DNA of 64,000 nt. It comes from Schmidtea polychroa. Lineage: Eukaryota. The notes beneath the pieces are model-generated. The model was not told the DNA's origin and did not search any database. It saw only the letters and a list, made by a program, of their open reading frames with translations. The position numbers were made by a program, and so were the translations under genes. Shown here piece by piece: positions 19,036 through 29,500 of the stretch. Every line of letters begins with the position of its first letter. Position 1 is the stretch's first letter. Location: NCBI GenBank assembly GCA_044892525.1, contig CM097885.1, positions 16,122,001 to 16,186,000 on the forward strand, written 5' to 3'.

Positions 19036-19765
19036 GATAAATTTTTTGTTAATATAAACTTATATCGATTATTTATTATATTGTGTAAAATAACTTTCAG
19101 ATTCTTTGATGATTTAATACAATAAATTGAAACATATATTTAAAATTAATTATCGCAATTGTCACTGTATTAACTGGAAATCGAAAATCTATTTCCAACT
19201 TATGATGGTGCGCAGAAACATGAATATTGTTGATTTCGAAGCGAATATGAAACCATGAAGTATGTAGATATTAGTTAATATAATTTTGTTGATTTTTTTT
19301 TACACTATTTGAAATTCAATTGTCATGGGCCAATTTATAAAATTATATTTAGTTATCAAAGCAAAATAGTCTATACTCCAATTTTATGCCTAGATATAAA
19401 TAAATGGTTTTGGATAAATAAATATAGATATAGAGACACCGAGATACACAGAGAAACTTATAACCAAATATAGATTTAGATACAATATAGTTCCATTTAT
19501 TCATAAACGATTTCAATGGAAAAATCAATGACTACTGACAACCACACATTTCCAATTGTTGTCCAGGGTAGCCAAACTCCGACAATTGGAAACGTGTTTG
19601 TTGTTATACACAATAATAAGTTTATTTATTTATTTAATCATTTATTTACTCTCAATTATTTACTTATTTATTCTTATTTTGGGGTCTAACTGATGCGCTG
19701 TCAATAAATACATGAGACAAAATCGAGTTCACAATTATTTATTTTATAAATACAATATATAAAAA

Positions 19766-21235
19766 TTAATCCATCTTTATTTCTAATCGTTTCGTTTCAT
19801 GCCGATATCGTATTATTGTTTCTTCGCGTTCATATACTACACCATTGACAGTAACAGTGTCTCCGACATCAATGTTCGAAGTTGTTTTTCTCTTTTTGGA
19901 TTTTCTACATTCTGGCATTGGACCATATTCAAGTGTTGGATGTATCCTTATCATCGAAATGCTTTCCATTAATGCGACACCTTCTTCCGCAATTTCTAAG
20001 AATGATTCATTGGCCCACTTCAATTGAATCAATGGATTTTCACTATCCATCGTCACATTCTCCTCGAATGTTAAATCAATTTCTTCAGATTCCATTACAT
20101 CTTCAATTGGAATTTGCGTTAGTTTTTCTGGTATTGCAGTTGATGTTGATTCAATTTCCCGAAGCTTCTTATATTCGTCCCACGAATATCGCTTTGACGG
20201 TTGATTTTTGGGCATCGGTATGTCATCAATCCATTGACTTTCTACTTTCTGGTATACCTTGCGTATACTTTTCACGTCCTCGAGAGCCGAATGAATACTC
20301 ATCTGAGTCTGTTCTCCACATATTTCTTTCACCACTGTTTGTAGTTTGAACCATTCTCCCCTTATGGTTACTCCCATGTTCTGAAGTATTGGTGCTGCTG
20401 CTAGATCTCGAATGCCGTACAATTGTTCAATCCATATCCCCAAGTATTGTAATTCTGCATGTAAATCATGGCCGATCAATATCTTGCCCACTGTCAAGCG
20501 TTGAATTTCTTTTATTGCCACGTATTGATCACATTGGTTCCTGCTAGCCACTTCTGTAATTCCATGGATCCTTGAATTAAAATGTCGGATTTTTCCTCTT
20601 GGAGTGAGGTATACATCTTTTACTACTTTTCCATAATAATTCATAATTGCTATTGCTAAAGGGATCATTTTCCCTTGGTCTGATGTGCCATATTCAGCAT
20701 CAATGAATAATATTCTATTGCGGATTTCTTCTAGATCCATTTCTTTTCTGAGAAACGACATTTTCTTTTTCAACATTTCCTTTGAAATTTTCAATAACAT
20801 TGGGTCTTCTCCTTCAATTAGATGCATCTGTGGTACCTCATCCGCTTCATTCTCAGTTCTGATTTCCACCACCAACGTTGTCTCCTCATTCGCTGCTCGC
20901 AGTGTTCTCCACATGAAGTCCTTCTGCAGCTTCCATGATGTGAATTTTCGGAGTTGCCACCATATTGTATTATCGTTCTTCAGCACTTCCACTGTACCTC
21001 TGATCACGTGTATGTGATATTCTTCCTTCTGAGACAACTCAATTTCATCTGTCAATTTCAATTCTGAATTTCTCCTTATTGTAAACATTCGTATCTTCAT
21101 TCTTCTGTCATCTATCCGCAAATAATTTGGAATTTGTAAATTTTCATTGATTTCGTATAATTGTTGGCTGGCATGATTTTTCTGCATCTTGAAGTAACTG
21201 TCGTAGGTGGATCTTGCCCATTGTACTTGTTCCAT
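19766..21235 (-). CDS. ORF3: DEDDh 3'-5' exonuclease (REX4/ISG20-like) with uncharacterised N- and C-terminal extensions
   Basis: ExoI LFIDAEYG, RIHGIT, ExoII ILIGHDLHAEL, ExoIII HSALEDV; intact 489 aa. Confidence 0.88.
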   Translation of the reverse strand: MEQVQWARSTYDSYFKMQKNHASQQLYEINENLQIPNYLRIDDRRMKIRMFTIRRNSELKLTDEIELSQKEEYHIHVIRGTVEVLKNDNTIWWQLRKFTSWKLQKDFMWRTLRAANEETTLVVEIRTENEADEVPQMHLIEGEDPMLLKISKEMLKKKMSFLRKEMDLEEIRNRILFIDAEYGTSDQGKMIPLAIAIMNYYGKVVKDVYLTPRGKIRHFNSRIHGITEVASRNQCDQYVAIKEIQRLTVGKILIGHDLHAELQYLGIWIEQLYGIRDLAAAPILQNMGVTIRGEWFKLQTVVKEICGEQTQMSIHSALEDVKSIRKVYQKVESQWIDDIPMPKNQPSKRYSWDEYKKLREIESTSTAIPEKLTQIPIEDVMESEEIDLTFEENVTMDSENPLIQLKWANESFLEIAEEGVALMESISMIRIHPTLEYGPMPECRKSKKRKTTSNIDVGDTVTVNGVVYEREETIIRYRHETKRLEIKMD

Positions 21236-21665
21236 TTTTGCTAAAATGGTTATAATTTAACGTTTGAATTTAATTTACTTTTAAAACTAGGGCTGAGATG
21301 AAGTATCCGAAGGATACTGTCCCAGCTACTAGCTGTATAAATAATAATAATAATAATAATTACCGTTTAGTTAATTGTTGATATATTTTTTTTTTGAAAA
21401 TTAATGGAGTTTAATGGATTTTACCCTCTTTTAATACCCTTATGAAAATTCCCTTAACCCCGTTTTTCTCTCCCCCTTAACACAGCGCTAACCAATCAAA
21501 TTGATTCTTTCCGTTGACATTGAAAAGTGCAGATTCACAAGTAAAATAAAATGAATTATTGATCATATCCATAATGAAATAAAATATTAATAATATCCAT
21601 AAAATATTTGTACTATATTGCTACTACTACTTTATCAATTTTGCATGCAAAGTATTTATGTCTTA

Positions 21666-24600
21666 CTACACAAATGTTTCTTCATAAACGATCCAAGGTC
21701 TCGCAATCTCGGATCGATTCGTAGAAGGTTTGGGTATTGTTCGAAATTCAATTAGCACAATGATAATGAGAATAATGAGAGAGATTGTTATAATGAGAGT
21801 AGTTATTAATAATGTGACACACACAATTTCACTGTCAGTTTTTAATGACGATATGGTTTCGTTATTAGTCATTGACTCATTGATGCTAGAGAAGATGATT
21901 ACGTTGGCAGAGCTAGGGGTTCGGTTGGACTGATTTGATTTGTTTCGATTTCCATACTGCGAGTTAATAGATGGAATTTGCACAATTTTATTTTCCACTA
22001 ATGTTAATTGCCATAAATTTGAAAATAGAGAACGTCTATAGTATTTTATTTTAATGAACACAAATTTTGACGTTGATATTGGTGAACGTTGACGAAAAGT
22101 TAATATTTGAGATTTATTTTTTTCATTTAATATCGATTGAATTTTTCCATAATAATATAAAATAGCTTTTTGATTGGGCTCCGCTTGTCGGGTAACGTTC
22201 ACTAATTGATTGAAAATATGAAAAGTAACCCGATTTGTTTCATTAACTAATCGTATCATATGTTGACTAGAGTGTATTCTGATCCATTGACTATCAATTT
22301 CAGTTCCGTTTTCATATAAAGATTTTTCATAATAATGAATCAGAATATTATAGTTATGATGTAATTTTAAATTTGCATACTTTATAAAGGGTTTTCTGCT
22401 ATTCAATGTATCTATCGCATAATTTTGAAAAACTGCTTTTACTTGTTGGGATTCCTGGGGTTCCCAAAATATGTCAATTCCATTTACCAGTGGTTCAATT
22501 GATACTCGATTATGTAATCTCTTTGTCCAAATATTAATACGTATAAGATTTTGTATTTTTGTATTATTACTTTTCGAATCCAATTGCGTAATTAACCAAG
22601 GGTATTCATAATTCATTGTTAATTGTCTAGCCACATAAATATTTTTGGTGCTGTTCAATTTTATTGGGGGTTCGAAATAGTTTATTAGATTATCTATCTC
22701 TATTTCTTCTGCTCCTCCAGCATAATAAACCCAAACTATTTGAGTACATGTTGAATAAATATGAACTTTGTCTAATAATACAACTGTATTAGTTGCATAT
22801 AATGGGAATACTCTCACTGCATTTACTGACATTATATTGATAATCATTACTGTTGTAATCAATAAAACTTTATTGATGTAACTCAATGGAGCAGGGTTTT
22901 TTGTAAACTTTTGTTTAATTACTGGGTTCCCTGCATCTTTATTTGGTTTTGATCTCAATGGATAACGTGATTCATCTTCTATTATCTTCTTGCATCTGTT
23001 TACATGAACGATGATTGTCCCAGCCTTTTTATTGTTTTGTGGACGCAATTTTAAGTTAGTCTCTGTCGTATCACACACTAGATATGGTCCTTTAAACGGT
23101 CGTTGCAATTTCGTTGACAAGCCTTTTGTTGGTTCTGGTTTGTTTATATACACGAGATCTCCAATTTTAATGTCATGCGCCCGTGCGCGTTTATCATAGC
23201 ATTCTTTATACGCTTCTTGATGATGCCTTATGTTAAGTCCAGCTTGGATCCATACTGACTGTAGTCTTTCATGCATAGCTATTTTATAATCTGACACATC
23301 CATATATTGGGAAATAGGTGACTGAAATTCTAGATCGACTGGCATATTGTTTCGTCGTAGATACATGAGATAAAAGGGTGTTTCTCCAGTGCTTTCATTT
23401 ACTGCATTCCGGTATGCAAATAGGCATGGTTTAATGAATAAATCCCAATCCTTTTGTTTCCTATTTACATAGGATGATATCATATTAATTAGTGTCCCAT
23501 TAAATCTTTCAACTAGACCATCTGTTTGTGGATGATATGGTGAGGTACTAAGTTTTAATATACCAAATAAATCTGTAATTGATTTAAATAATTCACTCTG
23601 AAAATTTGTTCCTTGATCTGTAAGTAATTTCTTTGGTGCTCCGTATCGAAAAATAATATTCTCCACAAATATTTTCGCAACTGTTTCTGCTTTCTGATTT
23701 GGCATTGCATAAGCTTCTGGCCATTTAGTAAGATAATCGCAAAAAACGATAATGTATTTGTTGCCATTTGTTGTTTCCGGCAATGGACCAACGATGTCCA
23801 TTGCTGTCATTTCCATTGGCGCCTTTGGCACTGGCATAGGCTTAAGCGGAACTTTTATTTTCCGTCCCGTATTTCGTCTTGTTAGGCATATCTCACACGT
23901 ATGACACCATTGTCTGACATCTTGTTCCATCGTTTTCCAATAATATTTCTGTTTCAATCTTGATAATGTTTTTCGCGCTGATAAATGCCCTCCTAATGCT
24001 CCATCGTGATACAACAACAGCAATGCTTTTCGATGTTTTGTCGGAACAATAATTAACAAATTTTCATTTTGTACACATTTTAACAAACCATCATGAATAA
24101 TGTATTTATGGTTCTCTTCGGCAATATGTTTCCAGTCACTCTCCTTTTTGATTGAGACAGCATGTTGACGTAACTGATTTAATTCCTCGTCATTTTCCTG
24201 ATCATCTTGTAATTTTTCGATATTATTTACCGTTTTAATTGCCAAGAATATTGTATTTTCGCAATTTTTCTCATCTTGATCAACATTATTTTCTACGGGT
24301 ATTCTCGACATAGCATCCGCATTTGCATTTGATTTTCCTGTACGATACTTTATCTCGAAATCATATTCTTGTAACGCAATTGACCACCTAATTAATTTAC
24401 TGGCCGAATCTCTGTGCTTCATTAGCCATTGTAACGGATTGTGATCTGTAAAGACGACAAATTTTCTGCCCACTAGATATTGTCGAAAAGTAGTTATCCC
24501 ATATACCAATGCTAACGTTTTCTTTTCGATTGTTGAATAATTCTTTTCATGAGGTTTCAATGATCTGCTGGCATAAGCAATTACATGATCTTTTTCCCCT

Positions 24601-26486
24601 TCTACTTGCTGTCCTAATACCGCGCCTAATGCGAAATTACTGGCATCTGTCATTAATATAAACGGTTTTTTAAAGTTCGGACATCTTAATATCGGCTGTT
24701 TTATTAAGCTTTCTTTGAGTTTATCAAACGCTTCTTGCTGAGCTGTTGTCCATTTAAATTTTGCTTGCTTTTTCAATAACATGTTCAAAGGTTGTGCTAC
24801 GTGTGAGAAACTTTTAATAAACTTTCTGTAATAACTGGCTAATCCCAGAAATTGTCGAACCTGATCTACATCCTTGGGAATAGGATATTTCCCAATTTTT
24901 TCTACATTTTCTGGATTTGGTTGCAAACCTCGACGCGAAATGATATGACCCACATAAACGACTTCAGATTTCCCCCATTCACATTTGGAGGGTTTTATTT
25001 TTAAGTTTGCTTCTAACAATCGCTTGAATACTGTTTCCACATCCTGCAAATGTTCCTGAAAACTATTCGAAAATATTATAATATCGTCAATATACACTAA
25101 TGCATGTGGTATATCGCGCAAAACAAAATTCATACCTCTCTGAAATGTAGCAGGTGCTCCTGTTAATCCGAATGGTAACACGTTAAACTCATATAGACCC
25201 TTCCCATCTGAAAATGCAGTTTTCCTTCTATCTTCCTCTTTGACTTTAAATTGATTGTATCCTTTATTAAGATCTATTACCGTAAAATATTGCACCTCCC
25301 CCATCTGATCGAACATTTCCTGTGGAACAGGAATAGGATATGTATCTTTTCTCGTTACTTGGTTCAATTTTCGATAGTCGACACAAAATCTTAAATCACC
25401 GTCCTTCTTTTTAACTACTACTATTGATGATGAGAATGGTGAGGAACTATCTTTTATTATATTGAATTCTTTCATTGCTTTGATTTGCCGATCACTTTCT
25501 TCCTGATGTATGTATGGTATTCTGTACGGCCGTAATTTTATTGGGGTTTCGTTGAGTAATGGTATTTCATGCTCAATCACCTGAGTGAGTCCCAGATCAT
25601 ACTCATGTTTTGCGAATACATTTCTATATTTCTTTAATAATGCACCGAATTCTTGTTTTTGCAAATCCGTCAAATCTTTGCTTGTGATCTGAGGTTCTTT
25701 ATAAATTTTTATATTTCTCGGTAACTTCTGAGCTTCCTCTGATTTGATTTTTGTTAATTTTCCCAATTTGGTTTTGGGTTTTATCTCAACGGATCTTGCA
25801 CTATAATTCGCTATTCTAACTGGTACTGACTTATTTTGGACTTTCACTACTTCATCACACATAGGCACATCGTATTTTTCAACCAGCTTTTGATTTGGCT
25901 CAAATATGTACTCCTCATCTGAGACCCTCATAACATCTGCATAGTAGATTACTTCGCTTTTTGGTGGTACTTCCAATGTTTGGTTTAGAAATACCTCTCC
26001 TACTTCAGGCACTACTTCACCCATTTGTCCTTTTATTAGTTTTCCAGTTCTCAGATCAAGAGAGATTCCATGTAGTTGCTCCATGACATCCATGCCAATT
26101 AGACATTTTACAGGACTTTTTCTCATCACTGATACCCAATGAATTATTTCTTGCTCTCCAATTATCAGTTTAACTTCTAATTTTCCAACAATATTTAGTG
26201 CATTATGTGACATTGATTTAATAATGTGATTCGTTGGTTTTATTTTGGCTTTCTCCTGATACGTCAAGAAACTTTCCGCTACTATAGTATGACTTGAGCC
26301 TGAGTCTAATAAAGCTTCCACTTTTCTCTTGTTAAACTGTATGTTTATTCGAGGTTGTTTTCCTCCTACTACTGTTGTCATTAGTGCATAGCTGCATGGT
26401 AGACCAAGCATATTCTTTCTTTCAATTTCAGCACTCGTTGGTTCAATCTTCTCTAATTCGATTGTGATATTATCTACAGGTTTCAT
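21666..26486 (-). CDS. pol: ORF2: Pol (aspartic protease, RT, RNase H, integrase) with C-terminal signal-like segment, ectodomain and TM
   Basis: LLDSGSS; LRFCVDYRKLN, LPFGL, YIDD; TDAS, TDHNPL; HDGALGGH..CEIC, DIVGPL, DQGTNF, GLVERFN; GPY; then two hydrophobic segments. Confidence 0.97.
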   Translation of the reverse strand: MKPVDNITIELEKIEPTSAEIERKNMLGLPCSYALMTTVVGGKQPRINIQFNKRKVEALLDSGSSHTIVAESFLTYQEKAKIKPTNHIIKSMSHNALNIVGKLEVKLIIGEQEIIHWVSVMRKSPVKCLIGMDVMEQLHGISLDLRTGKLIKGQMGEVVPEVGEVFLNQTLEVPPKSEVIYYADVMRVSDEEYIFEPNQKLVEKYDVPMCDEVVKVQNKSVPVRIANYSARSVEIKPKTKLGKLTKIKSEEAQKLPRNIKIYKEPQITSKDLTDLQKQEFGALLKKYRNVFAKHEYDLGLTQVIEHEIPLLNETPIKLRPYRIPYIHQEESDRQIKAMKEFNIIKDSSSPFSSSIVVVKKKDGDLRFCVDYRKLNQVTRKDTYPIPVPQEMFDQMGEVQYFTVIDLNKGYNQFKVKEEDRRKTAFSDGKGLYEFNVLPFGLTGAPATFQRGMNFVLRDIPHALVYIDDIIIFSNSFQEHLQDVETVFKRLLEANLKIKPSKCEWGKSEVVYVGHIISRRGLQPNPENVEKIGKYPIPKDVDQVRQFLGLASYYRKFIKSFSHVAQPLNMLLKKQAKFKWTTAQQEAFDKLKESLIKQPILRCPNFKKPFILMTDASNFALGAVLGQQVEGEKDHVIAYASRSLKPHEKNYSTIEKKTLALVYGITTFRQYLVGRKFVVFTDHNPLQWLMKHRDSASKLIRWSIALQEYDFEIKYRTGKSNANADAMSRIPVENNVDQDEKNCENTIFLAIKTVNNIEKLQDDQENDEELNQLRQHAVSIKKESDWKHIAEENHKYIIHDGLLKCVQNENLLIIVPTKHRKALLLLYHDGALGGHLSARKTLSRLKQKYYWKTMEQDVRQWCHTCEICLTRRNTGRKIKVPLKPMPVPKAPMEMTAMDIVGPLPETTNGNKYIIVFCDYLTKWPEAYAMPNQKAETVAKIFVENIIFRYGAPKKLLTDQGTNFQSELFKSITDLFGILKLSTSPYHPQTDGLVERFNGTLINMISSYVNRKQKDWDLFIKPCLFAYRNAVNESTGETPFYLMYLRRNNMPVDLEFQSPISQYMDVSDYKIAMHERLQSVWIQAGLNIRHHQEAYKECYDKRARAHDIKIGDLVYINKPEPTKGLSTKLQRPFKGPYLVCDTTETNLKLRPQNNKKAGTIIVHVNRCKKIIEDESRYPLRSKPNKDAGNPVIKQKFTKNPAPLSYINKVLLITTVMIINIMSVNAVRVFPLYATNTVVLLDKVHIYSTCTQIVWVYYAGGAEEIEIDNLINYFEPPIKLNSTKNIYVARQLTMNYEYPWLITQLDSKSNNTKIQNLIRINIWTKRLHNRVSIEPLVNGIDIFWEPQESQQVKAVFQNYAIDTLNSRKPFIKYANLKLHHNYNILIHYYEKSLYENGTEIDSQWIRIHSSQHMIRLVNETNRVTFHIFNQLVNVTRQAEPNQKAILYYYGKIQSILNEKNKSQILTFRQRSPISTSKFVFIKIKYYRRSLFSNLWQLTLVENKIVQIPSINSQYGNRNKSNQSNRTPSSANVIIFSSINESMTNNETISSLKTDSEIVCVTLLITTLIITISLIILIIIVLIEFRTIPKPSTNRSEIARPWIVYEETFV

Positions 26487-26543
26487 TTCTTTTAATTGTT
26501 CATTTGGATATATTGGTGCTGTTGGTCTAAATGTCGGGGTATA

Positions 26544-29500
26544 TCATCTACTAAGAGTATCAATCCCGCTTAATTTTGGCATTGGTTCAAGCAAGAACCT
26601 GGACTCTGGCTCTACTTTACTCTTTATTACACTTTTTCGAAAGCATTTATACTCCGATTCCCCGTTGTTGTTATCATCATTATGATCGTCGTTTTTATCT
26701 TCCGACTGACACGTCGATTCCTCACTTTTTCGGCCATTTCTTAATTGTGCCCTTACTCTTGCCATTTCTTTAAATTGATGATCTGTAATAAAGAATCTAG
26801 CCAACAATGGAATACAACCAATAACTAATTTCCATGACCATCCCGATATTGCGTATATTCGATGTACTGACAACATTTGCGACACTACCACCTTTGCCGT
26901 TATCATAATCACGTAAATTCCAATTAAACCTGCACATGCTTGTCCCAAAAACATGAACTTGCCCCAAATCTTTTCCATCGTTTTATATGTAGCTCGTTTG
27001 AAATGATCAGGTGTTAGCAAATTTTCGTAATTTACTGTTCCTTCTCCATTCGGTAATACTGTGTCAATCATTTCTGAAATTATCCGTTCCTTTTTGGATG
27101 GAAACAACAAATTCCTTTGAGCTTCTTCAATATCTTCGCTTGCATACAAGCCCATTTGTGCCATTTTGTTTAGTGATGTGAAATTTATCAGGTATTCTAA
27201 ATTTGTTAATTCTAGTTTGTCTGGAGTCTTGACCCCACGATAATCTGGTAAGGCTATCCATGAGTCTGTAGCTAATCGGTATAAAGGGGCTAATAATCGA
27301 TTGCATTGCAAAAGTTTTGGTTTAGTTTGTTCATCAAGCAAGATTCTAGTTATCGGTTCCATAAATCGTACCTTTCCCCCAAAGCTTACTGGTAATTCAT
27401 TCGTACATTTTTCGTATTTGGCAATTTTCACTGTGACTTCTTTGCATTTGTAACTGTATAATGCTTCTCCAAATATTCTCGCAAACACTCCATTTTCTGA
27501 TATTAGCATAGGTGCTACTAAATTTGGATTCGTAATTGCCATCGCCATCCGATTTCGGAGAATCTCTTTATTCAACTTACAATCGTTCAGAATCATTTCT
27601 CTATATACATTTTCCATGATGTTTTGACTAAAATGAAACAAATAATCAATTTTATTATTAAAATAATGAGTAAGTTTAATGTCATCTCTGTGAATTTTAA
27701 TTTTTGCTTCTTCCACAACATTTCTAGACACGTAAACACCTTTATAATTTGTTACATATACCATTCGACCACATTTATTTGTGATTTCCTTTTTTATAAA
27801 TCGCATTCCATCTGCTGGTAACGTAGACATTATAACTGTTCCCATTTGCTTTGTCCATACTGGGGTTGATTTAATGGTATTATTTGGTCTATAATTCATA
27901 TTGAAATTATCTGGTTTATCTCTAAACTGTTCTCCTACTAGCTCTTTAAAGTTCATAGTTTTTAAGTGCGCTAAATTACACTTATTTGTTTCTACATTAT
28001 AAACAAGAATCGATTCCCCTGTTTGACAATGTGTTTGTTTCATATTACAGAATGGATGAGTTTGTAATTTTCCCGTATCATCATCGAAAGCTCCTTCGAA
28101 CTCTCTCAACTCCGTGAGATATTCTTCTAGCACCACTGTTTGCTGAATAATTTTACCGTTCATTTTATATGGTTCACCTTCACAGTCGCCATTTGCTTTC
28201 ATAGCTCCCTTTACAATTATTGTTTCCCGTATTCTATGGTTCAATTTTGCCTTTAAACGAATTTCTGGACTTATTTTTAATTCTCCTGTTTGAAATGCTG
28301 CTAGACAGTTTTCTGGAAGCACCTCGACTGGCCTAGGTATCGCATGCATTTTTATGAGTGACGTATGGCTCCATTTACCACAATAAAATACAAATGTTGT
28401 ATGTTTGACAATACACTCTCTCACTTGAGTTCTTCGCAGATCAGACTCTTGATACACATAATATTTTACGTCATTTTCTATTTTTAAACTGCTCGGATAC
28501 GCACCTGGGCATTCCGACATATCTACTACCGAATAGACTTTTCCCATTTCAGTTTGGGAACAATCGTACGCAACTAAAGATGATGTCTGTGTAATTATTG
28601 CACAAAACGTAATCACCATAAACATCGCCCATGGAAATATCATAGTTTTTCTTAGTTCTGGCTTAACTCTTTCATTTACTCGTCTTTGGGGTGGGCTCAT
28701 TTCTTGCTTCTCATTTTTCTTGTCTGTTAGAGATGAACACAGTGTTTTCCAACCACCTTTTTCGTTTACCCAGCTCATTAAATATTCGTTTACTAGCCGG
28801 GCAGCGATGTCTATCAAATTTTCTAACTTGTCTGACCTTGCGAACGTATGCGTTCCAATTTCTAAAACAACATAAGTTAAAGCTATTATTATAACTTCCT
28901 TATTAATTTCATTTTTTGCCAAATTTTCAATTACTGATCTCTCGCAGAATGTATTCTCTTCGCCAAATTTCTGCATCACTTCAGGGAGCCTATTCTTCAT
29001 CTCTTTAACTATTTCTTTCAGTTCATCCTCTACCTCTATTTCTATGTCGAACATTGGATATACTGCTTTAACGAGATGTTTCAACATTTTCTTAGTTTCG
29101 TCGACGTCCTGTTCTAACCTCACTAAATATTTCTTTATTTCATATAAAGTTCTAACTTTCTTATTTTTGATTTCACCATTTATTTCGCCTTCAGGTACAA
29201 GTGGCTCTCCTTGTACGTCTGGTTCTGTGGACTGATCTTTGTTATCAGGATCTTTTTGCTCATTATCACTAACGATTTGATCAATTTCTTTATTTCCCTT
29301 AACTTTTTCATCTTGTTCCTCTGTGTCAGGCTTGTTAGACTCAATATTTACTTCTAAACTCACCCCTTTTACTACGACTATATGGTTCACTAAATATTCC
29401 ACTCGTCCATCTCGGATCAAATATCCGTTTTCATCCAGCTCTTGGGGTACACACCCACAATCGTATAGGTATTCATCATCGTCAAGTTCTTCACCTTTGT

